Counted from the stretch's first letter, positions 37,507 through 47,475 are shown. The stretch is 64,000 bases of DNA from an uncultured virus (IMG/VR IMGVR_UViG_3300031840_000567) (IMGVR_UViG_3300031840_000567), one strand, 5' to 3'. Made by a program: numbers and translations. Notes: generated by a model from the sequence alone, not told the origin.

Positions 37507-38137
37507 GGTTGTAACTAGAATTTGTGAACTTAGAAAGAAGTTTCTTTGAGATCACAACATCATAAGATCCAGGGATCAGTTTGATGTTCTCAATCTTAAA
37601 GTTAAACTCAAAAGTTTTGTCAGTCTTGCCTACAATTAGAGCAAACTCATTAGAGTTATCATTCTTCTTGTCACGAACTGTCAGGGTAATACTTTCACCA
37701 TCACCAACAGCAGCTAAGTCAGGTAGTTGATAAACAGAAGATGCTTTCAGAAGCTTAGCAAGTTGTGACGATTCCAATTGAAAACGAACATCAATACTAG
37801 GAAGAGAGATTTCTTTATCAGGAGGAGTGATAATGACATCAGGATCGGCAAAAGCAAACTTAACCTTAGTGCTCTTACCTTCACGGATGATCATGTAAGA
37901 ATCGTGCTTGAGATCAATGTCAGGATCATTCATAAGACCCACACCGTTCAAAAACTGAGGTAGATCATAGATACCAAAGTCCTTTTCAAAGTTTTCGTCA
38001 ACTTCTGCTTCTGCGAGAATGTTCTTCATTACAGAAATAGTACGGAGCTTAGATCCCTTCTTTACCAAAATAGACTGGTTGATAGAAGAAAAGTTCTCAA
38101 GCAAATCAATAGTTTTATCAGAAAGTTTCATATCCAC
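37460..38137 (-). CDS. gp45: Sliding clamp
   Basis: NFSSINQSI, FGIYDLPQFL, YFIALEPDS. Confidence 0.95.
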   Translation of the reverse strand: MDMKLSDKTIDLLENFSSINQSILVKKGSKLRTISVMKNILAEAEVDENFEKDFGIYDLPQFLNGVGLMNDPDIDLKHDSYMIIREGKSTKVKFAFADPDVIITPPDKEISLPSIDVRFQLESSQLAKLLKASSVYQLPDLAAVGDGESITLTVRDKKNDNSNEFALIVGKTDKTFEFNFKIENIKLIPGSYDVVISKKLLSKFTNSSYNLDYFIALEPDSAYEG

Positions 38138-38612
38138 GCTCGATAGTCTCCTGGTCTAAGCCATAAAAGTGATAGAGAAGAACAGCATAATGGATGATCT
38201 TCTTGATGTCCATTCTAGCAGATCCCTTCTTGTTGTAACGGGATGCATACTTAAGAATGTTGCCACGACAGAACGCAGCACCGTCTCCACAGGATTCAAT
38301 CAGATCAAGTGTCTGAATGCCGTTGGAAGCATTGTAGTGAGCACGATATGTGCCACTGATGTATTCTTTTACCTCTTCAAGAATTTTGTCTTCGTCATAC
38401 TTATAAACACTCTTATACTGTTTAGGATCAACCTTCTTATATTGTTTAGGTTTTTCAACCTCATCGTTTTGCTTAGGCCAAGTAAACCCATCTGCAGTCA
38501 GTTCATAATTACTGTTTTCTGGGGTATATTCAAACCCACCATTTTGTTTTACCCATTCAAGCTCATCATCTGGACCGTACATTTCATCATATAGGAAAGA
38601 CCATGAAGTCAT
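38118..38612 (-). CDS. DUF3310-like protein
   Basis: HY...QTLDLI...FCRGNILKYASRY.KKG...DIKKIIHY. Confidence 0.75.
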   Translation of the reverse strand: MTSWSFLYDEMYGPDDELEWVKQNGGFEYTPENSNYELTADGFTWPKQNDEVEKPKQYKKVDPKQYKSVYKYDEDKILEEVKEYISGTYRAHYNASNGIQTLDLIESCGDGAAFCRGNILKYASRYNKKGSARMDIKKIIHYAVLLYHFYGLDQETIERGYETF

Positions 38613-38624
38613 TGTAGCACCTTC

Positions 38625-39197
38625 TTAGTTAAATTGCAAGTTGAATACATTAAAACTCATTGAGATTCTAGTTACATCACTGGAAAAAGGATAGACAGTA
38701 TGAGGCATATTTGCAGGAAAAATATACATGTCTCCAGTTTTTGGAATTACTTTAGCATGCCCATTATTCATAAACGATTTTGCATGAACAAACTCAAGAG
38801 CTCCAGCGGAAAAACAATTAGTTCTACCTTCCCATTCAGTTTTTTCTTTTTCAATTTCTTCTGGTACATCAATAAAAATAACTGCACTCAACATACCATC
38901 ATGAGTATGCAATGGATTAAATTCATGCCTTTTCATGTAGTTAATCCAAGGCCCAGTACCAAGATTAAATGATACTGATTCAACATTCAGGTATTCTATA
39001 ACATGGAGATAGATCTCATCTGTAAATTTTTTTGGATCAACTACTGCATGTTTTTGAGAGTCAATGTTTCCAGCAAGATCATAACCAACACTTTCACCAT
39101 CTTCACATTGACGAGCAACCTCTTGAAGATAAAGAAGAAACTCGTCAGAAATTTGATTGTGGTATATGGGAGAAGCAAATAGATTAAGAATCGGCAT
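38625..39197 (-). CDS. Putative 2OG-Fe(II) oxygenase (HxH type)
   Basis: FNPLHTH..LSAVIF, GDMYIFPANMPHTVYP, RISMSFN. Confidence 0.8.
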   Translation of the reverse strand: MPILNLFASPIYHNQISDEFLLYLQEVARQCEDGESVGYDLAGNIDSQKHAVVDPKKFTDEIYLHVIEYLNVESVSFNLGTGPWINYMKRHEFNPLHTHDGMLSAVIFIDVPEEIEKEKTEWEGRTNCFSAGALEFVHAKSFMNNGHAKVIPKTGDMYIFPANMPHTVYPFSSDVTRISMSFNVFNLQFN

Positions 39198-40272
39198 ATG
39201 TCTTTTCCTCAGTAGCGGTCAAATCAAAGTCAGCATCAACTTTGTCATAGAGTTCTAGGAATGCTTGTTTTGTCTCATCATCAAAACGATTCACACAAAC
39301 TTCAATAGCTTTCTGCTTATCATTCCAGATAGAATAAGCACGGGCAATATGAACCAAACGGCGGGTAGAAATAACCTCCTCAATACCCCCATCATAGAAG
39401 GTCTTACGGATAATGTCCGCCCAGTCACAGAGACGCTTACAGAAGTCATTATCACTACAGAGTGCTGTAAGAATCTTCTGCTCTACCGTGGAGGGAGGAT
39501 AAGACTGCTCAAAGGTTACAGGGAACCTTTCAAGAAATGCTTCATTCAATACATTAGTACCAATAAAACGACCATCTTCAGATCCCTTACCTTTAGTGTT
39601 GGCAGTAGCTATTACATTGAATCCGTTTACAGGTTGAACATACTTACCAATCTTCTTCAAGAAGACACCCTTACCTTCTAGGATTGATTGAAGACACAAG
39701 ATTTTGTTAGATGCAAGGTCAACTTCATCTAGAAGCAACACAGCTCCCCGTGAAAGAGCCTCCACGACAGGTCCATTATGCCAGACAGTTTCGCCATTAA
39801 CAAGACGAAACCCACCAATAAGATCATCTTCGTCAGTCTCAATTGTGATGTTAACACGAATGAGTTCTCTATTTAGAGAAGCACATGCTTGTTCAACAGA
39901 GAGTGTCTTACCATTGCCAGAGAGTCCTGTGATAAAGCAAGGATAGAATTCACCTGATTTGATAATTTTCTTCACATCAGAAAAGTTACCAAAGGGAATA
40001 TATTGAGGATCTTTGGGGGGAATAAGATTTTGAGTTTCCAAAGAAGGAGGAGCTGATGGTGCAGTGTAAGTTTCTTCAAGTTTTTCTTGAATAGTCAAGT
40101 TCCATTTTCCACGACCAGACTTATATGGTTCCATACGGTTACAGATAGTAGCATAAGAATAACCCATGTGATCAGCAGATGCCTTGATGGCATCAGTTCC
40201 AACTTCAGTACCATAGTTGTTCTCGATGTAGGAGAACAGTTGGATCATATCGACTTGAGAAGGACGAGTCAT
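39184..40272 (-). CDS. cobS: CobS-like MoxR-type AAA+ ATPase
   Basis: GLSGNGKT, LLLDEVD, ATANTKG, NEAFLERF. Confidence 0.88.
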   Translation of the reverse strand: MTRPSQVDMIQLFSYIENNYGTEVGTDAIKASADHMGYSYATICNRMEPYKSGRGKWNLTIQEKLEETYTAPSAPPSLETQNLIPPKDPQYIPFGNFSDVKKIIKSGEFYPCFITGLSGNGKTLSVEQACASLNRELIRVNITIETDEDDLIGGFRLVNGETVWHNGPVVEALSRGAVLLLDEVDLASNKILCLQSILEGKGVFLKKIGKYVQPVNGFNVIATANTKGKGSEDGRFIGTNVLNEAFLERFPVTFEQSYPPSTVEQKILTALCSDNDFCKRLCDWADIIRKTFYDGGIEEVISTRRLVHIARAYSIWNDKQKAIEVCVNRFDDETKQAFLELYDKVDADFDLTATEEKTYADS

Positions 40273-40295
40273 TTGCTTTGTTTGTTGATGTAGTT

Positions 40296-40339
40296 ATTAT
40301 AGGGCAGAGTGGGGCAGAGTCAGGGGCAGAGTAGACAGT
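40296..40339 (-). promoter_or_regulatory. Putative early promoter ACTGTCTA-N30-TATAAT; spacer made of three CTCTGCCC units
   Basis: Exact spacing shared with two other sites. Confidence 0.7.
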
Positions 40340-40367
40340 CTGGCAACTGGATCTCTCGTAGTGTAAA

Positions 40368-42482
40368 TCATGCTACCAAAGAAATAAATTCATTTAAAAT
40401 CCTCTTGTTCATTTTTTTACTAGACAATGATTTTTTAAAAGCATTTTTGATGGTTGCCTTTGATGCTCCAGCGTTAACAGCAAACTCAGTACTATTAGAA
40501 AGAGATGAATTGCCCACAACAAAATAAGAATCATATCCAGCATTTTTAATAGTAAAGGTTTTTTCTTTCTTCCAACTACGCATCGCTTTATCTTGATCTT
40601 CCCATCTATCGATATACTGACGAATCATTGCCGAGTAAGACCCACCATGTTCTAAAATACGAAATCCAATAAAGTTTGTATTGGGGAAAGTTTCTTTTAA
40701 GTCAGTCAACATACACTTAGTAAACTGAGAGTAGATCCAAGAGAGAGGACGAACCGTTCCAGTTTTGAGATTTCTAAGAATAGTATTGTCACCAATCCTA
40801 CGATTACGAACACTATAATCACATTCCCAACTGCGCTTCATCATGACAGTCCGAGAGGGAACTTGTGCCTCACCGTCAGTAAGAATAACACAATTTATTT
40901 TTTCTACTCTGTTCCTTTTTTTAAAATCAGGAATAATATAATGAAGAGTTATGATAGCTTCATTTAAAGGAGTACCTGATAAGTATAAACGAGCAGGACA
41001 AAGCCCAGAGTGATCTGTAAAGGAGCTAGCAAGTCTCCAAACATTCAACATTTGACGATTAGCAGTGGCATTATTTACACTACTAGTCAAAAGATTGAGC
41101 ATGGAAAACTCATCACTAACAGATATCGTACCTTCTTTCTTTTCAATACTAGAAAAACGACACGCTTTATAATTCCACTCAGAAGTAAATGCATATACAT
41201 CATAAGGAATACCTACCTTACGACAGAACCAGATCAAATTATAGAGTTGTTTAATAGTTGGGATGAGAGAATTTGCCATAGATCCAGACCAATCCAAAAC
41301 AAAAATCAATCCATGGTTCTTACCGTCTGGAGTAGTAGTAACTTTTTTAAAAAGATCTTCATTGTATTTGTAGGTATGCAGTTTAGTGCAATCCAGAACT
41401 CCAGTACGACTAGTTGTTGCACGAGCATAAGAATCTGCAGACTTCTTACATTCAAATTCTTTAATCAAATAATTAACTTCTTTGTTTGAATCTTTCTTAA
41501 ATTTATTAAATTCATTATCTTGACGATCTAGAATATCAGTATAGTATGAGTGGTATTCTTTACGCTCCTCAAACCACTTTTGCCATTCTCCCTCAGCATA
41601 TTCATGAATTTCCTTAGAAGAAATAACAGTATGCTTCAAATCAATCTTAGGAATTGTCACATAATTATTTTCATGAACTTCCATGTCAGCAAGATTCTTT
41701 AGACGATTCTCAAATGCCTCAACAGTTTTAGGCTCTTGTTCATCAACGGTCTCAAAATCTTCACTTTCAGTTTCAGTTTCAGTTTCATCGGACTGTTCAC
41801 TATCTTGCTCAGTATTTTCATTCTCTTCTTCCCTACTCTCTGCTTCTTCCAGCATCTCTTCATGCGTCATACCTTCTTGCTCAACTTCACTAGTAGTATT
41901 TCCCACTTGTGGTTGGATTTCTGGGGTGGAAGGTTCGTCATTCACAAAATTATTTAAAAGCTTTGCTGCCATCAAAGCGTCATCAAAAGTCTCAGCGTTT
42001 TCAACGGCATCAACAACTACCATCTCTTTCTCGGAGAATTCGATATTGACATGAGTGCCAAGTTTAAAATGCAAATTTATCCTATCAGCAAAAGAAAACC
42101 TATCTAAATCCTGACCTTCAATATCGAAGAAGTCACTATCGTTAAGGTCAGAATATCCACGATAAAATGTCTTACAAAGCCCAGCATACCTACGCTTCAT
42201 CAACTTTTCAATGCGAGCATCCTCAGTAATGTTTACAAAAGTTTGAGGTACATCACTCCATTCCAATTCTACAGACCAATTCCTAGGATCTGTGAATAGA
42301 GCATGACCAACCTCATGAGATACCAAGAGATCATATACATCAGTTGAAGATATCTTCCAATTAGGTAGAGTTAGTACACGACGAACTACATCAAACTGAG
42401 CAGTCTCAACAGCGCGATGCTCAACAATTAGGTTCTCAGTAGCGAGCAATCGTGCCAGTTTGCCTTTGATCTCGTGAAACAT
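40368..42482 (-). CDS. Peptidase-like (HExxH) plus vWA domain protein, CobT-like partner of CobS
   Basis: HEVGHA, EDARIE, acidic linker, DWSGSM MIDAS, GTPL, LTDGE. Start set at MFHEIK because the -10 box overlaps 42506. Confidence 0.82.
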   Translation of the reverse strand: MFHEIKGKLARLLATENLIVEHRAVETAQFDVVRRVLTLPNWKISSTDVYDLLVSHEVGHALFTDPRNWSVELEWSDVPQTFVNITEDARIEKLMKRRYAGLCKTFYRGYSDLNDSDFFDIEGQDLDRFSFADRINLHFKLGTHVNIEFSEKEMVVVDAVENAETFDDALMAAKLLNNFVNDEPSTPEIQPQVGNTTSEVEQEGMTHEEMLEEAESREEENENTEQDSEQSDETETETESEDFETVDEQEPKTVEAFENRLKNLADMEVHENNYVTIPKIDLKHTVISSKEIHEYAEGEWQKWFEERKEYHSYYTDILDRQDNEFNKFKKDSNKEVNYLIKEFECKKSADSYARATTSRTGVLDCTKLHTYKYNEDLFKKVTTTPDGKNHGLIFVLDWSGSMANSLIPTIKQLYNLIWFCRKVGIPYDVYAFTSEWNYKACRFSSIEKKEGTISVSDEFSMLNLLTSSVNNATANRQMLNVWRLASSFTDHSGLCPARLYLSGTPLNEAIITLHYIIPDFKKRNRVEKINCVILTDGEAQVPSRTVMMKRSWECDYSVRNRRIGDNTILRNLKTGTVRPLSWIYSQFTKCMLTDLKETFPNTNFIGFRILEHGGSYSAMIRQYIDRWEDQDKAMRSWKKEKTFTIKNAGYDSYFVVGNSSLSNSTEFAVNAGASKATIKNAFKKSLSSKKMNKRILNEFISLVA

Positions 42483-42504
42483 GCGACCTCTCTCGTATGC
42501 ATCC

Positions 42505-42548
42505 ATTATAAAACCCCTGGTGGGAGCCAGAGGTCTTTAGTGGACAGT
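42505..42548 (-). promoter_or_regulatory. Putative early promoter ACTGTCCA-N30-TATAAT
   Basis: Exact spacing shared with two other sites. Confidence 0.7.
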
Positions 42549-42559
42549 TTGTAATGCGT

Positions 42560-43093
42560 CTACCTACCCATCATACAAGCAACACTAACTCTCCAGAAAG
42601 GAGTATCTACTTTGATAGGAAGAGCGTCATGAAGTTCGTTTGATCTAAAGACAACAAAATCTCCAGGCTCAAAAGTATAAGTACGATCCTCTATTTGCAG
42701 TTCACCTCCCCATGAAGGGTCCCATTGAGGAGTAAGAAATCCAACAACGCTCCAAATATATTTACCTTCAGAATCACCATCTGTATGGAATACAGAAATA
42801 TTTCCTTTTCTTTGTGCGTTAAATCCAATCGCACCTAGTCCACCAACTGGTAAAGTAAACCCATACTCTTCTTGTACTCTATCACGAAGAACACTCATCA
42901 AACAAATAAAGTACCCAGATAAGAACGGGCTATGCATACCATTAATATCCATAGCCACTGTTCTTGGATAATGCGTAAGTGGATCATCTACACCACCATA
43001 CGCACCACCAATTTTCCAACTCGAAGATTCCATCAAGTGCCCATATATTTGTTCAACATCAGCTTTGGATAAAAGGTTTTTTACAATGTACAT
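42560..43093 (-). CDS. 2OG-Fe(II) oxygenase (prolyl-hydroxylase-like)
   Basis: FHTD (HxD), WGGEL, FRSNELHDA, RVSVA. Confidence 0.82.
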   Translation of the reverse strand: MYIVKNLLSKADVEQIYGHLMESSSWKIGGAYGGVDDPLTHYPRTVAMDINGMHSPFLSGYFICLMSVLRDRVQEEYGFTLPVGGLGAIGFNAQRKGNISVFHTDGDSEGKYIWSVVGFLTPQWDPSWGGELQIEDRTYTFEPGDFVVFRSNELHDALPIKVDTPFWRVSVACMMGR

Positions 43094-43096
43094 AAT

Positions 43097-44827
43097 CTAT
43101 CCCTCAACGGATGTTTTTTCACTCATGTAGGAGAACCCACCTTTCTTAGAGAATTCTACCACATTATTAAATTTGTCCAACATGTCTGCTTTATGAGAAA
43201 TCACAAAGGTATTTGCATCTTGAATAACGAATCTAATAATCTTAGTAAACTCATCCGTACCTACAGTATCAAGAGAGCTATCAAATACTTCATCTAGAAT
43301 TAAAAGATTTGTATTAGCAGAGTTTTTGAACCTGGCAACTTCCCTCCAAGCAAAGAGAAGTGCCAAGTCAATTCTCATTTTCTCCCCCTCAGAAAACGAG
43401 GAATAAGTAAACTTGTCATGGATCGGGCTTTGAATCGTCTCTCCAAATTCTTCGTCAAGATGTAAGTTGACATAAAAGTCCATCATCTGAAGATACCGAT
43501 TAACTTGCTTATTAATAAGGGGAAGATACTTTTTGATTATCTTTGTCTTTACTCCACCGTCCTTGAGCATGGAGTAAGCAAAATCATTGTATTTAACTTC
43601 CTCGTTTTTATCGGCAAGTTTCTCAAATACTACTTGAAGATCTTCCTTAAACCCATCTAACTTCTCATGTTCAGAATTTCTGTTTTGTAACTGACTGGTA
43701 AGAGTTTGAATTTCCGATTGTAAATCTCTGACTTGACGCTGGAATCCAGAAATCCTAACATTATTTTGAGAAATGTCATGTGTGAGTTCAGTAATCTCCG
43801 TTGATAATTTTTTGAAGTGACGCTCTTTATCTTCTTCTATCCGTATCGACTCCTCCAGTTTTAAGAAACCTTCTTGGAGTTCCTTTGCTTTAAATTGAGC
43901 GTCACTGATTTTATTTATTCTAAAATCTTCTTCGATAGATTGGGTGCAGGTGGGGCATACCGTATTCTCTGTAAAAAACTTATGCTCTTTAGTAATAGTA
44001 GCTACTTTATTAGATATCTTTCCTTTCAATCCACCAAGCTCACGAAGTTTGCTAGTTGCATTGTTATATTTACTTATCTCATTCTGCAAAGATTCTATCT
44101 GTAACGAAAGTTTTTTATTACTTTCGTCTGCATTCAAAGCATCCTGAATGAGTCTCTCTATCTTTGTCTCATTCTTATCAATATTATCTTTGTGTCTAGT
44201 CTCTAAATCTTCAATAAAAGATGATTGCATTGAAATCTTATCTTTAATGTTAGATTTCTTTAGAGTAAGACTTTTAATAATCTCTCTAGACTGCCGAATA
44301 TCCTCCTTCAGCAGGTTGTTCATAGCTGAGAAGATACGAATATCAAGAAGGTCCTCAATCACCTCTCTACGGTGCGACTGAGACAACTGCATGAAGGGCA
44401 CGAAGTTGCTACTACCCAATATAACAATCTGAGTAAAAGACTTATAGTTTAGTTTAAGAATCTGATCTTCTACAATCTTTTGATTTGCTCTGTCATCAGA
44501 TTCTTTATTTTTCATTTCACCATCAACAAGAACATCAAACACATTTGGCTTGATGCCCCTACGAACCATATACTTTTTAGGTCCTACAGAAAACTCAACC
44601 TCAACTAAGCATCCCTTCTCATTAGAACTATTAACTAGTTGTGGTTTGTTAATCTTACGATATGGTTTATTGAATAGTGCAAAACATAATGCATCAAGCA
44701 TTGTGGATTTGCCAGCACCGTTTGTACCTATAACTAATGTAGTGGAACTCTTATTGAGTTGAATTTCTGTCCACTGATCTCCAGTAGATAAAAAATTCTT
44801 CCATCTAATTTTTTCAAATGTTATCAT
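43097..44827 (-). CDS. gp46: Recombination endonuclease ATPase subunit (Rad50/SbcC-like)
   Basis: GTNGAGKS, CPTC hook, FSEGEKMRID, LDEVFD. Confidence 0.96.
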   Translation of the reverse strand: MITFEKIRWKNFLSTGDQWTEIQLNKSSTTLVIGTNGAGKSTMLDALCFALFNKPYRKINKPQLVNSSNEKGCLVEVEFSVGPKKYMVRRGIKPNVFDVLVDGEMKNKESDDRANQKIVEDQILKLNYKSFTQIVILGSSNFVPFMQLSQSHRREVIEDLLDIRIFSAMNNLLKEDIRQSREIIKSLTLKKSNIKDKISMQSSFIEDLETRHKDNIDKNETKIERLIQDALNADESNKKLSLQIESLQNEISKYNNATSKLRELGGLKGKISNKVATITKEHKFFTENTVCPTCTQSIEEDFRINKISDAQFKAKELQEGFLKLEESIRIEEDKERHFKKLSTEITELTHDISQNNVRISGFQRQVRDLQSEIQTLTSQLQNRNSEHEKLDGFKEDLQVVFEKLADKNEEVKYNDFAYSMLKDGGVKTKIIKKYLPLINKQVNRYLQMMDFYVNLHLDEEFGETIQSPIHDKFTYSSFSEGEKMRIDLALLFAWREVARFKNSANTNLLILDEVFDSSLDTVGTDEFTKIIRFVIQDANTFVISHKADMLDKFNNVVEFSKKGGFSYMSEKTSVEG

Positions 44828-45083
44828 CTTGTGAAGGTGGAATTACGATGTCTTGGGAAGTAATCACTGAATACTTATAATTATACAGCTCACAGGCTTT
44901 TATTGCAAGGTCTTCTTCAATCTCAATCGTTGACATTGCAACTCCATGATCTTCTTCGAGTTGCTGAGCATATCTAATTGCATCGTCTTCTTCCTCAAAG
45001 ATAAAAAGGACCTTGTTTCCTCTACGATCTTTTACGGCATATGCCCCTTCTTCTTTTTTATCTTTCTCAGTCAATAAAAACAT
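44814..45083 (-). CDS. Conserved hypothetical protein between gp47 and gp46
   Basis: FEEEDDAIRYA, DIVIPP. Confidence 0.75.
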   Translation of the reverse strand: MFLLTEKDKKEEGAYAVKDRRGNKVLFIFEEEDDAIRYAQQLEEDHGVAMSTIEIEEDLAIKACELYNYKYSVITSQDIVIPPSQDDNI

Positions 45084-46135
45084 TATTCAACTTCACAAGC
45101 TTTTGAGTATAAAGAACCAAATAGGGTTTTAATTCTAGACTTATCAATATCTGTTTCAGTATCTTCGATACATCTGTTTAAAATAGACATCGTATTCTCT
45201 TCTTCACTAATATCTAAATCTTCTCCATGTAACCATCCTTGATTATAATCAAAATTCTCGATAACTTTGAGTTCTTCTACACCAACAGTATACAGTTTAT
45301 CAATAAACTTCTCAAAGTCTTTTGGTTTTGTTTTTTTACGAACAATAACTTTAACAATTTTACCAGCATATTCTGAAGCATTCAACATCTGATGAGGAGT
45401 ATCTTCATAATAGATGTTGTAGAACATATGATTGGGATTATCAATCTGTTCTAAATCGTATGTCTCAGTATCAAAGAGATGGAAGCCTCTAGGGTCGTTA
45501 ACATCGTTCCAATACAATTCATAAGGATTTCCCAAATAAAAGACTTGACCATCGTTACTACGAGTGTGATAGTGTCCAGTAAATACACGATCAAATTTCC
45601 TCAAATACTCTGCTTCATATCCACGGTCTTGCATGAACCCACGATAAGCAGCAAACCCGTTAAGTTCCAAATGACCAACAGCAATTTTTGCAGTGCTCTT
45701 ATTAATCAAGTTTAGAGTTTGCTGTTCATTCTCTTTATTAATCCAAGAAATAAATGCAAATTTTGTACCACCAATCAAGTGCTCAGCATAATCAGTGATA
45801 GGGATGATGTTATCATACTCTCGTAATAATAAATCGATTGTATTAATTGAGTTATTATTTTTATAGTAGGCAGTATGATTACCCACAACAGTGTATACAG
45901 TGATCCCCATATCACGGAGACGATCATAGTAATTCTCTTTAGCCCATTTGAGAGACCAGAAGTCAATGCTCCGACGATTATCGAAAGTGTCTCCCATATC
46001 GATAATAGTTGTGATACCCTCAGCAAGAAGAGTAGGAAAAAAAGTTTCATTATAAAATTTTAAAAAATAATCATGAAACAATTTACTACCCTTACGAGCA
46101 CCAAAGTGTTGATCAGTTATGATTCCAATTTTCAT
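45083..46135 (-). CDS. gp47: Recombination endonuclease nuclease subunit (Mre11/SbcD-like)
   Basis: DQHFG, GDTFD, GNH, GHYH. Confidence 0.96.
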   Translation of the reverse strand: MKIGIITDQHFGARKGSKLFHDYFLKFYNETFFPTLLAEGITTIIDMGDTFDNRRSIDFWSLKWAKENYYDRLRDMGITVYTVVGNHTAYYKNNNSINTIDLLLREYDNIIPITDYAEHLIGGTKFAFISWINKENEQQTLNLINKSTAKIAVGHLELNGFAAYRGFMQDRGYEAEYLRKFDRVFTGHYHTRSNDGQVFYLGNPYELYWNDVNDPRGFHLFDTETYDLEQIDNPNHMFYNIYYEDTPHQMLNASEYAGKIVKVIVRKKTKPKDFEKFIDKLYTVGVEELKVIENFDYNQGWLHGEDLDISEEENTMSILNRCIEDTETDIDKSRIKTLFGSLYSKACEVE

Positions 46136-46350
46136 TTCAAATGATGTGGTTTGTGTTCTCTATCCAGAGGTAAGGATGAAATTACTGGAGATTTACTTTT
46201 GTTTTTAATAACAATAAATTTATCTGCAGCAAATGTGCCAGCTATTTCAATTGCAATTTCGTCACCATCTTCCCATACTGGATCACCATTCTTTTTACGC
46301 ATGTCCATAGCACATGCTATTTCATTAATTAGATCTTGAGTCAGTTTCAT
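46132..46350 (-). CDS. Small hypothetical protein
   Basis: 72 aa, ATGA overlap with gp47. Confidence 0.65.
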   Translation of the reverse strand: MKLTQDLINEIACAMDMRKKNGDPVWEDGDEIAIEIAGTFAADKFIVIKNKSKSPVISSLPLDREHKPHHLK

Positions 46351-46465
46351 TTACTTTACCTTGTTCTAAATCACGAAGTCTTTTACGCCAATACCCCCTA
46401 TCAGAATTATCTCGACATGGGTCTGATTCTTTTACTTGCTTAGTAAGACGCTCTTTGTCGTTCAT
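46325..46465 (-). CDS. Small hypothetical protein (46 aa, not in the ORF track)
   Basis: MNDKERLTKQ...YWRKRLRDLE; ATGA overlap with the gp55 stop. Confidence 0.5.
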   Translation of the reverse strand: MNDKERLTKQVKESDPCRDNSDRGYWRKRLRDLEQGKVNETDSRSN

Positions 46466-46935
46466 CTTGATGTCCTATACTGAATATTATCTTTGATGGT
46501 GTTATAGTCGCTTGTAGATCCATTAGCTCCATCTTCAATAACCATTACTTGATCATATCCAGTTCTTTCAATAATTTTTGTTTTAATTTCTAATTGCTTT
46601 TTTTCTTTCTGAATTCTACGAAGAAATGCGTAGTAAATAATTTGAGTAAAATACGCAAAAGGATTTGTTGATTTCTCTGGATTAAAGTTATGAATATATT
46701 GAACACAATTCTCAATCCCATCACCAATCATATCCTCTCTGAACATATAATTCACAAAGTTAGGTTTATATGAAAGGTGTGTAGCAATCTTAAGAAAACA
46801 GTCACCCAAATAATTGCTAATAGGTGGAGGAGCATCTCCATTCTCTTTAGCAATTTTTGCTTTGATACGATATTCAACCATCGCATCTAACAATTCTTTA
46901 TTATTCACATAATGTTCAGATCTTTTTTTAGGCAT
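46462..46935 (-). CDS. gp55: Late-transcription sigma factor
   Basis: HYVNNKE, KIATHLSYKPNF, NPFAYFTQI. Confidence 0.95.
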   Translation of the reverse strand: MPKKRSEHYVNNKELLDAMVEYRIKAKIAKENGDAPPPISNYLGDCFLKIATHLSYKPNFVNYMFREDMIGDGIENCVQYIHNFNPEKSTNPFAYFTQIIYYAFLRRIQKEKKQLEIKTKIIERTGYDQVMVIEDGANGSTSDYNTIKDNIQYRTSR

Positions 46936-46971
46936 ATCTGCTGTAAGTTTATGTTTACATTATAGCATAAC

Positions 46972-47000
46972 TTGACAAACTATGCTTTTCTCTGTAGAAT
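46972..47000 (+). promoter_or_regulatory. Near-consensus sigma70 promoter TTGACA-17-TAGAAT, antisense to the operon
   Basis: Direct read; back-to-back with an extended -10 (TGCTATAAT, 46959-46967, minus strand) upstream of gp55. Confidence 0.6.
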
Positions 47001-47043
47001 AACTTTGTCGAAGTTCAGAAGCACTGTATCTAAGCTTTGAAGC

Positions 47044-47475
47044 TTAAGCATGAGTTGCAATGCCTGCTTTAGGATCACACTCTAATTCCAGAATCTGTTC
47101 AAGTTTTTCTTTAGCAGATTTAACGCTGCCTCTGTATCCCATCTTTTCAGATGGCTTTACCTTACCACTAGATCTAGTGTTGATTCCCATTCTATCTTCA
47201 GCGGCGTCAATTATATAATTTGTATAATAATCAATCATTTCGTTATCACTTTCAACTTCAGTCATTGTAATAACTTGTCTCTTATCAATAAAATAAAACT
47301 GATCCTTAGGAACATGCATCCATGGTTCAACTCTTATAAAGGAGCCTCTTGGTCCATGTATTGTTTCAATACAAACAGGGTCTTGTAAAATTAAAGTGTC
47401 TTCTTCCGAAGAAGTAATGGCAAAGATTTCTTCACCAGATACTAATTTGATACTTGCGTAAAAGTCATCGTTCAT
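47044..47475 (-). CDS. Conserved cyanophage protein between uvsW and gp55
   Basis: FYASIKLVSGEEIFA, KMGYRGSV. Confidence 0.8.
   Translation of the reverse strand: MNDDFYASIKLVSGEEIFAITSSEEDTLILQDPVCIETIHGPRGSFIRVEPWMHVPKDQFYFIDKRQVITMTEVESDNEMIDYYTNYIIDAAEDRMGINTRSSGKVKPSEKMGYRGSVKSAKEKLEQILELECDPKAGIATHA

Noticed and set aside
40302..40332. Three GGGCAGAGT units as a possible CRISPR or iteron array
   Set aside because: Too short, no spacers and no cas genes; they form the spacer of the promoter motif. No CRISPR array was seen in the window.
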